A stretch of 54,479 nt of DNA from Oligoflexales bacterium (GTDB lineage Bacteria > Bdellovibrionota_B > Oligoflexia > Oligoflexales > CAIYRB01): contig JBGSUI010000242.1 of assembly GCA_041736175.1 (NCBI GenBank), forward strand, positions 1-54,479, given 5' to 3'. The position numbers and the translations under genes were made by a program. Below are positions 1 to 8,580 of this stretch, piece after piece. The stretch's first letter is position 1. The number at the start of each line of letters is the position of its first letter. The notes below the pieces were generated by a model. That model was not told the origin of the DNA. It saw only the letters and a program-made list of their open reading frames with translations, and ran no database searches.

Positions 1-248
1 CGTCTTACAAATAGTAAGAAAACTCAAACAAGAGTCCACTATAGCCGTCTGGAGACAATTTGCGGAGATGCTTTCAAAACAGTTTTGGAAGAAGAGGACT
101 TTTTGGACTGAGGGTTATTTTGCTTCAACCATAGGCGACGCATCGGAAGAGACGGTTAGGAGATATACTGAATCGCAAGGTTGATACGGCGGCCATTCAT
201 CCGGCGATGCTGAAGACATCGCGGTTTTCTGGCCAAGAATTTTATAAA
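1..248 (+). mobile_element. IS200-like element, right part with subterminal hairpin
   Basis: tnpA 3' end followed by an imperfect hairpin at 191-234 (GGCCA..CCGGCGATG-ctgaaga-CATCGCGG..TGGCC) and an AT-rich end at ~241-248. The exact boundary is approximate. Confidence 0.8.
2..184 (+). CDS. tnpA: IS200/IS605-family Y1 transposase TnpA, 3' end (runs off the window start; not in the ORF track)
   Basis: Manual translation from base 2: VLQIVRKLKQESTIAVWRQFAEMLSKQFWKKRTFWTEGYFASTIGDASEETVRRYTESQG*. Contains the Y1 C-terminal motifs FW..GYF..TIG and Y..Q. Confidence 0.9.
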   Translation, partial: VLQIVRKLKQESTIAVWRQFAEMLSKQFWKKRTFWTEGYFASTIGDASEETVRRYTESQG

Positions 249-488
249 GGGCACTTGGGTGATTGAATCCTGAGCATCGAGAGGGTTCTTTTTACAGCCA
301 TCGTTAAGTGCTTGGATATCACTCATATAATAGGTGCCGCTTTCTAAGGAAAACAAGGATTCGGACTGTCCTCTTACTTTAGGCTGGGGAGTGCCTTTTT
401 CTTCGTCGGTAAGGTCGCCACAACTTAGGAGGAGTGTGCATAGGGCGGTTAGAGCGGTTGATTTAGAGTCGTGGTTGATAAATCGCAT
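156..488 (-). pseudogene. Lipoprotein gene interrupted by the IS200 element
   Basis: Signal peptide with lipobox LLSC. Codons ~81-110 are antisense read-through into the IS hairpin and tnpA. Confidence 0.65.
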
Positions 489-720
489 GGCTTCCTCTAG
501 ATAAATGGCTGTTGAAGTCTACTCTTAAAATGCTGGAGAACTTCTATTTAAAACTGCTGCCACCCGTGATGGCTTCTTTGAGTTCTTCGGTCTCGTTGGT
601 ATTCCCAGGAGTGGGAGTCGCCTTTAAATCGGGGGATTTTTGACCGTTGGATTTTGGTTTGGTCGGAGCTAAAGCTACGGGACCAACGGATTTGGTTTGG
701 GATGCGAGCTGACGTCTAAG

Positions 721-2181
721 TCAACTGCTTAATCCAGGGAAAACAAATTCGTCAAAAGAAATTTTGCGATCAAAAAAATCCGAATGATATAGATCATCCG
801 AAAGCTCTCCGGAATATACAAGATAGTGGCGCATTGAAAATCCCCTAGGGATTTTTAGAAGGGAGCTTTTACGTATAACCTCCTTTTCGGCCTCAATCCC
901 AATTTTAAGGCCTGTCTTAAACTCGAATAAGTGAAGGAGTCCTTTTTTTCCTTGGATGAGGCAGTCTATTTGAAGGCCAGCCCTGGCCTTCGTTGGACTT
1001 TGAAAATAGGGGCCGATCTGCTCAATATCATCCAATGGAATTTGAGCGATGGACACCAGAGATTTGAGATTGTTGAGTATTAAGTTCTCAAATTGTAGAC
1101 CCAACACTGTTGACCAATTGACCGGTAACACGCCGCTCTCGGATAAGGGCGAAAGCTGTGTCAGTTTTTGCTTTTGTGGCTCTATATATTTAAGATAAAA
1201 TTTTATATAGTTATCGCTTACTCGCAGTTGGCTTGACTTTGACGGTGTCCCCTTAAAATGCCAGAAAAAATCCCTCCGAACGAATCCAGCCAACTCTAAA
1301 TCAGAGAGAATTTCACTCCAGTCGCTGTTAAGTGGGTGATCCACTTGGGCAGCAAGCTCGCTAGGACTCAGAGGTTGCTTTATCATTTCTTTGAGGATTC
1401 TCGCGTACGTCTGATTTCTTTTTCCAAAAATGTCTGAAAATATCCCATCAAACTCTCTAAACATAAATCCATTTGATCTGAAACAAAGCTCCCTGACTCC
1501 AACATCGACAAACTTATAGGGCGAAAATTCTTCCAGATATTTGGGAACTCCACCGGTAACAGCTAAAACTTGAGATGCTTCCCTTGGGGTTATCTTTTTG
1601 AGGGATTGCTGCAACAATGCGAATGACTCAGAAATGGAAAGCTCTTTAAGGGAAAACTCCCGCGAAACACGACCTACAAAGGCTGTACTTTGGAGTATAT
1701 TTTTTTGGATCCAGCTTGAAACTGATCCGCACAGTACCAGAATCAGGTTAGAATGCTGGCTCAAAAGCCTGTCCCATGCATCCTTAAGATATCCAGCAAA
1801 ATCAAGATCACGGTCCCCCATCCACGAGATCTCATCTAGCAAGATGACAAACTTAGTTTTAATCCCAGCGTTTTTGATACAAAGGAGGTTGAGGTGCTCA
1901 AAAGCTTCCGACCAGTCCCCAAACTTAATCTTTGTGATACCGAGAAATTTGGCCAATGAAGCCGCGAAGGCATCAAGCTGGTTTTGCTTTGATTGGCCAG
2001 GGCGAGGTGGAAGCCCTTGGAATTCGAAACAGGGGATTTTTTGAAGCCGGCAAAAATGCCGGATGAGTGTGCTTTTACCTATCCGTCGTCTACCTTGCAG
2101 AGTGATCATCGACGAGCTACTTTTTCTTGTCAAATCATTAAGTTGCCTGATTTCACCCGATCTTCCCACAAATGCCGTCAT
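721..2181 (-). CDS. AAA+ ATPase (archaeal-ATPase/DUF234-like) with winged HTH and C-terminal PD-(D/E)xK-like domain
   Basis: Motifs FVGR..E, Walker A GRRRIGKS, Walker B ILLDE, LCGS, GGVPKYL and C-terminal QIDCLI...FEFK. Start placed at MTAFVGR (2181); the ORF track extends it to 2214. Confidence 0.85.
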   Translation of the reverse strand: MTAFVGRSGEIRQLNDLTRKSSSSMITLQGRRRIGKSTLIRHFCRLQKIPCFEFQGLPPRPGQSKQNQLDAFAASLAKFLGITKIKFGDWSEAFEHLNLLCIKNAGIKTKFVILLDEISWMGDRDLDFAGYLKDAWDRLLSQHSNLILVLCGSVSSWIQKNILQSTAFVGRVSREFSLKELSISESFALLQQSLKKITPREASQVLAVTGGVPKYLEEFSPYKFVDVGVRELCFRSNGFMFREFDGIFSDIFGKRNQTYARILKEMIKQPLSPSELAAQVDHPLNSDWSEILSDLELAGFVRRDFFWHFKGTPSKSSQLRVSDNYIKFYLKYIEPQKQKLTQLSPLSESGVLPVNWSTVLGLQFENLILNNLKSLVSIAQIPLDDIEQIGPYFQSPTKARAGLQIDCLIQGKKGLLHLFEFKTGLKIGIEAEKEVIRKSSLLKIPRGFSMRHYLVYSGELSDDLYHSDFFDRKISFDEFVFPGLSS

Positions 2182-2185
2182 ATAT

Positions 2186-2254
2186 AAAATCCTCTGTAGG
2201 GACCAAATCTTCATAGTACAGAGGAATTTTTACCCTATTTAAATTCCTCTGTAC
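2186..2254. promoter_or_regulatory. Palindromic operator-like cluster upstream of the minus-strand ATPase
   Basis: Perfect 14-bp inverted repeat GTACAGAGGAATTT (2216-2229) / AAATTCCTCTGTAC (2241-2254), plus a third half-site AAAATCCTCTGTA at 2186-2198. Confidence 0.6.
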
Positions 2255-2306
2255 ATTGATATTGGCTCGCCTTGGCACTAAAAACTCTAGTGACGAGAAA
2301 TGGAAT

Positions 2307-2345
2307 TTCAGCCTATCCTGATATTTTAAGTGCTCATAGGCTGAA
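2307..2345. promoter_or_regulatory. Palindromic operator-like site upstream of the plus-strand ATPase
   Basis: Perfect 10-bp inverted repeat TTCAGCCTAT-N19-ATAGGCTGAA, ending 17 bp before the ATG at 2363. Confidence 0.55.
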
Positions 2346-2362
2346 TATTTTGGAGCTAGATT

Positions 2363-3778
2363 ATGGACTTTGTCGGACGTCATCGGGAGCTAAAGGAATT
2401 AAAGGCAGCTATAGAGCACCCTCAACCTCAGATTAGTGTGATCTATGGCCGCAGGAGAATCGGCAAGAGTGCTCTTATCAAAAGGGCGCTCCATGGACGG
2501 TCTGGTTCACTCTTCTTTGAGGGACTCGAAAACCAACCAAAACATGCCCAAATCCAAAATTTTCTATCCAAACTCACTGAATATGAACCGGAGATTGAGA
2601 TTAAAGCACCGATCAAAGAATGGCGTGACGCTCTCAAACTTTTGGTGCCTATCTTGCGAAAAAAACCTGGTTGCATCGTCCTAGACGAATTTCAGTGGAT
2701 GGCTAATAACCGCCACCAGCTCGTCTCCGATCTCAAAATGATCTGGGACCAATATTTGTCACAAATCAAAGGCACCTCACTGATCTTGTGCGGATCTATA
2801 GCGTCCTTTATGATTGCCAAAGTTGTCAAATCTAAGGCGCTTTATGGACGTACTCAGCTCGTAATCCGCCTCAAACCGTTTGGGATCGATGACTCCTTAG
2901 CACTTATGGGAAAACATGGGTTCGACGAGGTTTTACTGGCGCAGATGCTGGTCGGTGGGATACCCCTCTATCTCAATCTGCTTAAAGAAGCACCCTCTGT
3001 ACACATTTCTCTCGAAAACCTTGCCTTCCGTGAAAACGGCTTCTTTGTACTAGAATATGAGAGGATTTTTATCAGCCACTTCGGCAAACAGCCCGACTAC
3101 CAACGCATCGTAGGACTATTGGCCAAATATCCCTATGGAATTTTTCGAACAGAAATAGCGGATCAATTGGGACTTAGTAGCGGCGGTACCCTCAGCGACC
3201 ACCTTGATAATTTAGAATCAGCGGGGTTTATCGACAGTATCGTTCCGGTCGATAAGGCGCAGGAAAGTAGATTGATTAAATATCGCTTAGCCGACCCCTA
3301 TTTACGGTTTTACTTTGCATTTATCGCGCCTAATTTAAAGCGTATCCGACAGGGGCTAGGTCAAAAATATTATATGGATGTCATTCGCAGCCGCAAATTC
3401 GAATCCTGGATGGGTCTGGCTTTTGAGCAGGTGTGTTCTTTACATGGGACCAAAATCGCCGAACTTCTCGGGTTCGGCGCGGTGCAATACGATGTCGGTC
3501 CCTTTTTCCGGTCAAAGCATGGCGATGTTTCTGGCATCCAAATCGATCTCATGTATAGCCGTGCTGATCATGTGCTAACTGTATGCGAAATGAAAAACCA
3601 ACTAGCTCCGGTTGGACCTAAGGTGATTAAGGAAGTCGAAACCAAAGTTAACTTTTTAAGAGAATTTTTTCCACGAAAGACAATTCAACCAGTCCTCATC
3701 GTCAATGGGGAGGTAAGCCAAAGTCTTATGGATCAGCGATATTTTTACAGAATCATTAAAGCAAAAGAGTTGGTCTGA
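2363..3778 (+). CDS. AAA+ ATPase (archaeal-ATPase/DUF234-like) with winged HTH and C-terminal PD-(D/E)xK-like domain; paralog of 721-2181
   Basis: Motifs MDFVGR..E, GRRRIGKS, IVLDEFQW, LCGS, GGIPLYL, DPYLRFY and QIDLM...CEMK. Confidence 0.88.
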   Translation: MDFVGRHRELKELKAAIEHPQPQISVIYGRRRIGKSALIKRALHGRSGSLFFEGLENQPKHAQIQNFLSKLTEYEPEIEIKAPIKEWRDALKLLVPILRKKPGCIVLDEFQWMANNRHQLVSDLKMIWDQYLSQIKGTSLILCGSIASFMIAKVVKSKALYGRTQLVIRLKPFGIDDSLALMGKHGFDEVLLAQMLVGGIPLYLNLLKEAPSVHISLENLAFRENGFFVLEYERIFISHFGKQPDYQRIVGLLAKYPYGIFRTEIADQLGLSSGGTLSDHLDNLESAGFIDSIVPVDKAQESRLIKYRLADPYLRFYFAFIAPNLKRIRQGLGQKYYMDVIRSRKFESWMGLAFEQVCSLHGTKIAELLGFGAVQYDVGPFFRSKHGDVSGIQIDLMYSRADHVLTVCEMKNQLAPVGPKVIKEVETKVNFLREFFPRKTIQPVLIVNGEVSQSLMDQRYFYRIIKAKELV

Positions 3779-3828
3779 TGGGCTCAAAGTGAGCGCATAA
3801 TCTCCAAACTCTTCTTCACTTAAAATGA

Positions 3829-3913
3829 TGGTGCGGTCGAGAGGACTTGAACCTCCAAGCCTTGCGGCACCAGTCCCTCAAACTGGCGTGTCTACCAATT
3901 TCACCACGACCGC
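3829..3913 (-). tRNA. tRNA-Leu(GAG)
   Basis: 85 nt. Acceptor GCGGTCG/CGACCGC-A-CCA, anticodon arm CCAGT-TTGAGGG-ACTGG, long variable arm, T-loop GTTCAAG. Lies downstream of secG. Confidence 0.97.
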
Positions 3914-4037
3914 ATCTAAATCTAAGATGTCTCTGTGACCAACCTAGAAGTTGGACTGTAAGATACCGGAGAGACCTGGATTGTGTAACATTGAGCCCTT
4001 TTGATTGCAAGTCAATTGTGACTCATTTTTCTCGCCC

Positions 4038-4454
4038 TTAGGGAGTTGCTGGAACAGGCGCTTTTTCCACAGGAGCTGGCGTTGGTGCTGCTGGCGTTGC
4101 CGCTGGAGCTGGAGCAGTTACCGGAGTTGCAGGAGCTGTCGCCGCCGGAGGGGCTTCAGCAGGCGCTGCCGGTGCTTGGGTTGAACTTGATGCTTTGAGT
4201 TTTTCTTTAAGACCGACATCGCCACCCTTACCTTGCATAATCGTCAAGGAAATGGACGTAAGCATAAAAACAAATGCTGCTCCGTAGGTCAGCTTACCAA
4301 GAATCGAGGTGGCGCCAGTGGCCCCAAAAACCCCAGATGAACTACCTCCCCCAAAGGCGGCACCCATCCCTCCCTGATTACCTCCCTGCACTAACACTAC
4401 GAGAATCATAAACAGTGCCACAAGGACGTGAACGATCTCAACTAGCGTCTCCAA
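4038..4454 (-). CDS. secG: Preprotein translocase subunit SecG with Pro/Ala-rich tail
   Basis: Two TM segments, VLVQ...GMGAAFGGG..S.VFG..G...L.KLT motif, and linkage to tRNA-Leu. Confidence 0.93.
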   Translation of the reverse strand: METLVEIVHVLVALFMILVVLVQGGNQGGMGAAFGGGSSSGVFGATGATSILGKLTYGAAFVFMLTSISLTIMQGKGGDVGLKEKLKASSSTQAPAAPAEAPPAATAPATPVTAPAPAATPAAPTPAPVEKAPVPATP

Positions 4455-4491
4455 GGAATGACCTCCGGGAAATATATTCTCTGTGGGGTGA

Positions 4492-4567
4492 TGGTGGCGC
4501 CTCCCAGAATCGAACTGGGGACACGTGGATTTTCAGTCCACTGCTCTACCGACTGAGCTAAAGCGCC
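4492..4567 (-). tRNA. tRNA-Phe(GAA)
   Basis: 76 nt: GGCGCTTTAGCTCAGTCGGTAGAGCA GTGGA-CTGAAAA-TCCAC ...GTTCGATT...GGCGCCACCA. Confidence 0.97.
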
Positions 4568-4592
4568 TTCGGACCTCTTTGCAGAGAAGAAG

Positions 4593-4621
4593 TTTTTATG
4601 CCTAAGCCTTGCATAAGTCAA
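4593..4621 (-). promoter_or_regulatory. Putative sigma70 promoter for tRNA-Phe/secG
   Basis: TTGACT-N17-TAAAAA on the minus strand, 25 bp upstream of the tRNA. Confidence 0.45.
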
Positions 4622-4662
4622 GTGCCTGATGATAATTGATTCCTACAAAAAGGGGAGCGTTC

Positions 4663-5523
4663 ATGTTAACTCATAAAAAACCAATAGTCATTGCTGGTCC
4701 TTGCGCAGCAGAGAGTTGGGACTTAATTCTTGAAGTCGGCCAATCTCTCAAAATCCTCGCTGACCAGCTAGGGTTTGAGTATATCTTTAAAGCAAGCTTT
4801 GACAAAGCCAATCGCACCTCCCTCGGTGGAAAACGTGGCCCAGGTCTCGCTCAAGCCAAAAAATGGTTTGCGGATCTTAAAAGCCAGCTTCAGGTCCCCA
4901 TCCTCACTGATATCCATGAGACCATCCAAATTGCCGACGCTGCCGAAGTTTGTGACGTCCTACAAATACCCGCCTTCCTCTGTAGGCAAACTGATTTGGT
5001 CACTGCAGCGATCCAGTCAGGACGATCCGTCAATATTAAGAAAGGCCAATTTTTAGCTCCCCATGCCATGGTCCATATTGCTGCCAAGGCACTCGCTGCC
5101 CAAAAGGTGAGTCAGTCTTCGGGGACTAGCCAAAACCAAACCATCTACTTGACAGAACGTGGTGTGAGCTTTGGGTATGGAAACTTGGTTGTTGATATGC
5201 GTGGTTTTCCGATGATGGCAAAAGCAAACCTACCACTCCTTCTGGATATCACCCACAGCACCCAGCTCCCCGCTGCGGGAGGAGCGTCCGGTGATACTTC
5301 TTCAGCTCAGCGCTCCATGGCTCCGGTGCTTGCCCGAGCTGCAACGGCGACTGGTTATCTTTCCGGATATTTTCTGGAGGTCCACCGTAACCCTAAAGAG
5401 GCCATCAGCGACCGCGACGCACAGCTTTCCATCAGTCAGGCTAAAACCCTGCTTGAACAGTTGATTCCCTTTTGGCACCAATGCTCCTCACTGAGCCAGA
5501 TCGACGGGCAGTTTCCGGATTAG
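4663..5523 (+). CDS. kdsA: 3-deoxy-8-phosphooctulonate (KDO8P) synthase
   Basis: Motifs IAGPC, KASFDKANRTS, QIPAFLCRQTDL, NIKKGQFLAP and ERG.SFGY.NLVVDMR. ATG at 4663 has a GGAG RBS. Confidence 0.95.
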   Translation: MLTHKKPIVIAGPCAAESWDLILEVGQSLKILADQLGFEYIFKASFDKANRTSLGGKRGPGLAQAKKWFADLKSQLQVPILTDIHETIQIADAAEVCDVLQIPAFLCRQTDLVTAAIQSGRSVNIKKGQFLAPHAMVHIAAKALAAQKVSQSSGTSQNQTIYLTERGVSFGYGNLVVDMRGFPMMAKANLPLLLDITHSTQLPAAGGASGDTSSAQRSMAPVLARAATATGYLSGYFLEVHRNPKEAISDRDAQLSISQAKTLLEQLIPFWHQCSSLSQIDGQFPD

Positions 5524-5600
5524 CCGCATAATATACTGTATTTATTAGATTTATTCTGATTTTGTGATGCAGGAGTTACGGGCAGCGTATACCACACTAC

Positions 5601-6755
5601 CTAGCCTCCTGGGCCGGACTGCTGGAATAAAAGAGGATCTCCCTCGATCTGCTCCATCTGGCTTAGAGTTTCCCTGAGAACCTCAGGAGTCTCCCCCCAA
5701 GTACTCAAGAATCGGACCGCCTTCTGCCAAGTCTTGCGGTCTTTGACATAAAGAGCAATTAACCCATTGCGCATCAACCCCTCCCGCTTAGCTCTAGTGA
5801 GGGGTGTCCCCCCAAACCACGTTTCGTATTGGGACTGGGTCATCGTTGCCAAAGCGTGGAGGTCGATTTCCCGGTCGATACGAGGCACCAGAGGGGACAA
5901 GGACTCCGCTGTAGGGGAAGACCGTAAAACTCGGTTAAAGGGACACACCAACTGACAAATATCGCATCCAAAAACATACATACCCACGGCGGGCCAATAA
6001 ACTTGGGGAATAGGGCCTCGGTGTTCTATAGTCCAATAGGCGATGCATTTGCGGGCATCCATGCGGTAGTCCATATCCAACGCCCCTGTGGGACAATGAA
6101 CCTGGCATCGCCGGCAAGTTCCACAGGAACTCCGCTGAGGCTGAGTCCCCTCATGCTTTTCTAACACTAAAGAACTCAAATCCAGGGATGTCAACAGCTC
6201 ACCGATAAAAAACAAGCTTCCTTTTTGTCGACTGATGACACACGTGTTTTTACCTCTAAATCCTAAACCCGCTTGGACAGCTATAGAACGCTCCAAAAGG
6301 GGAGCTGAATCACAGCAAACTCGTCCAACAGCATCGGGACTATTAAAGACTTGATGGATTTCTGCCAGCATAGCGGATCCTTGTCGCCAAAAAACTCGAT
6401 GATAGTCCCCATACCGAGCATATTGTGCCACACGGGGTTTATCATCTGTTTTTGGTTTAGATTCCGGTTTCCCATACACCAAGCCAATGACAATTGCTGA
6501 TTTCATTTGCATATCAATTTTTTGGGGAAACTCTCTTAGCTCTTGGTGTCTTTCGAGAAACCCCATAGTTCCATGACGTCCTTCGTCAAGCCAATCTTTA
6601 AAAAAGGAAAACTCTGGATCTCGGTTGAGGGATCCTTGGCTACTTTTTTGCGATGGCCGAAGAGGGACAATACCTCCGAGAAAAAATCCATAATCCTCTA
6701 CAATCTTTTCTATTTTCTTTAGAAAATCCAACCCAGAAGTCCTTCCTAAAAGCAC
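5601..6755 (-). CDS. queG: Epoxyqueuosine reductase QueG
   Basis: Motifs YA..DYH, DSAPLLER, GLG..GKN, CGTCRRC..CPTGAL, CI.Y.TIE and FGCDICQ.VCP.N. Confidence 0.93.
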   Translation of the reverse strand: MLLGRTSGLDFLKKIEKIVEDYGFFLGGIVPLRPSQKSSQGSLNRDPEFSFFKDWLDEGRHGTMGFLERHQELREFPQKIDMQMKSAIVIGLVYGKPESKPKTDDKPRVAQYARYGDYHRVFWRQGSAMLAEIHQVFNSPDAVGRVCCDSAPLLERSIAVQAGLGFRGKNTCVISRQKGSLFFIGELLTSLDLSSLVLEKHEGTQPQRSSCGTCRRCQVHCPTGALDMDYRMDARKCIAYWTIEHRGPIPQVYWPAVGMYVFGCDICQLVCPFNRVLRSSPTAESLSPLVPRIDREIDLHALATMTQSQYETWFGGTPLTRAKREGLMRNGLIALYVKDRKTWQKAVRFLSTWGETPEVLRETLSQMEQIEGDPLLFQQSGPGG

Positions 6756-6848
6756 AAAAATAGTTAGAGGGTTTCATTTTACCGCAGTAAGATGGTATAA
6801 ATAGCAGAAGGTCACTTAATAATTACCGATGAGGAATCAACTCAAATA

Positions 6849-7670
6849 TTGAAAGCGCGAATGTTAACATCCATGAGACCGATTGGCACGGACAACTATC
6901 AAAACATAATCCTGTCTTTGAACCGATTGTGGCCTCTCGCAGCAAACCCTTTATCTTGTTACAGCCACAAACACTTAAATCGACTCCGCTGGATGATTCA
7001 TAGCCTCGGCTATAACTTCAGCACTTTGGGTCAAATTTTAAAAAATCCAAAAGGTCACTATGTTTATCTGACCCTTGAATCAGAAAACTTAACAATACAT
7101 ACAACACTTTTAAGAGATCTCAAACACCTCGGTTTACCTGTCACCCTTTTTATAAAAACGGAAGATTTTAACCCTAAGGATCAAGTCGAAAAACTCCCAG
7201 AATCCACCCTCAAGACCATAGAACTCCTAAAAAAACTAATGACCTTAGGGTGGGACATCGGAACGATGGGCACATCGATGATGGATCTCACCAATCTAAA
7301 CCACTCCCAACAGCTCGCATCTCTGTCTGAAGCGACAGAATCTTTTACCAAAACTCTAGGGAGAGCCCCTCGGATCTTTTTATATCCTTTTGGAGCCTAT
7401 GACGCTTCTACAGTGAGTTGTCTTAAACAGTTGAATTTTATCGCTGGAATCACTTCTATCGAAGGTGTCAATTTAAGCCAAGGTCAAGAGGGCGAGACCT
7501 TTCACCTCAAAAGGCTTTACTCTAAATCACCGATTTTCGACATCTTAAGCCTATTTAAATCCCGATGGTCTCTCGCCGAAAAATCCAAAGTTCTTTCGGA
7601 CCTAGCAGGTTCCCCTAACCCTAGGGAGATCCCCCGGAGTCACCTAAACTTTTGGCTGACGGATACCTGA
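6849..7670 (+). CDS. Polysaccharide deacetylase (CE4/NodB)-like protein with degenerate active site
   Basis: P.TLFI, GWDIG, F.YPFGAYD and L.R motifs are present, but TFDDG reads TLESE and H(S/T)xxH reads MGTSM. Confidence 0.65.
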   Translation: MKARMLTSMRPIGTDNYQNIILSLNRLWPLAANPLSCYSHKHLNRLRWMIHSLGYNFSTLGQILKNPKGHYVYLTLESENLTIHTTLLRDLKHLGLPVTLFIKTEDFNPKDQVEKLPESTLKTIELLKKLMTLGWDIGTMGTSMMDLTNLNHSQQLASLSEATESFTKTLGRAPRIFLYPFGAYDASTVSCLKQLNFIAGITSIEGVNLSQGQEGETFHLKRLYSKSPIFDILSLFKSRWSLAEKSKVLSDLAGSPNPREIPRSHLNFWLTDT

Positions 7671-7676
7671 TCACTT

Positions 7677-8579
7677 TTAAGTGCGTTTAGAAGCTTTTAT
7701 CTCTCTGCGAATCACTTCGTAGGAGAGGCTTTTGCCCCACCAAAGCTCTTGGGATAATCGGGCCTGCTCGATCAGCATCGCTTCGCCGTCTTGGGCTGGG
7801 ATATCCAGCGCCATCGCCTTATAATAGAGGTTTGATGGTTTGTCATAAAGGATATCGACGATCGCACCTTTGAGATGCTTGATAGTCGGTACAAAGGGAT
7901 CAAGCATATCGCCGTGTTGAGGTGCGCTGGTCGCTTGAATCAAGAGGGTCTGGTCGGAATTTTGCGTCAGGGTTTCTTTCAAAATGTTAGGTTGAAACGG
8001 CTTAAGGCTGAGCTGAAAGGGACAGTTCCCTTTTTCGGATTGGGTGGTGAGGGCTGCAAAAAAAGAGTTGTCTTTTACAAGGCTGTCCCACTTGCGGCTT
8101 AAAACAGTGATCGTGCAGCTTTGATGAGCAGGATGACTCCATTTATCTAATAGCCCTATCAAATAGGAGAGAATCGCTTGGCTAGCTCCACCGTCCCCAA
8201 GGACCACAAAGTTCTTATAGGACTCCAATGGTTGCCCCATGCGCTCTACCCCACGACCAAATCCCTCACCGTCGGTGGAATAGGCCTCCCATGTTTGGGA
8301 GCCTCGCCTTAAGGTGTTGACCGACGATAGCCCCGATTCAGGGAACAATCTGGCCACAAGTTCTTTATGGGGTTTGGTGACATTAAATCCCACAGCCCCT
8401 AAATGCCAAGCGAGATCCAAAAAAGTCGGAATTTTTTCTGGCTCCAGGGAGTAGGCCAAGTAAACGCTGTTGATACCAAAGTGGGACAAGGCCGCATTAT
8501 GGATCACAGGCGAAAGTGTATAGGAAATATTTTTTCCCAGGAGCCCCATCCAAGTTGTTTTGCCATCGATGCGTAGCAT
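7677..8579 (-). CDS. aroE: Shikimate dehydrogenase
   Basis: Motifs LSPVIHN, GFNVT.PHK, SVNT, TDG.G, LG.GGAS, D..Y and DG..MLI.QA. Confidence 0.9.
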   Translation of the reverse strand: MLRIDGKTTWMGLLGKNISYTLSPVIHNAALSHFGINSVYLAYSLEPEKIPTFLDLAWHLGAVGFNVTKPHKELVARLFPESGLSSVNTLRRGSQTWEAYSTDGEGFGRGVERMGQPLESYKNFVVLGDGGASQAILSYLIGLLDKWSHPAHQSCTITVLSRKWDSLVKDNSFFAALTTQSEKGNCPFQLSLKPFQPNILKETLTQNSDQTLLIQATSAPQHGDMLDPFVPTIKHLKGAIVDILYDKPSNLYYKAMALDIPAQDGEAMLIEQARLSQELWWGKSLSYEVIRREIKASKRT

Positions 8580-8580
8580 T

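Noticed and set aside
2153..2383. 76-aa ORF between the ATPases
   Set aside because: It overlaps both gene starts and the palindromic control region, and has no recognisable motif.
3816..4041. Two 64-aa ORFs over the tRNA-Leu region
   Set aside because: They overlap a clear tRNA gene and are spurious frames.
4038..4190. Pro/Ala-rich repeats in the secG tail as a DNA repeat element
   Set aside because: This is a low-complexity coding tail of a kind common in SecG proteins.
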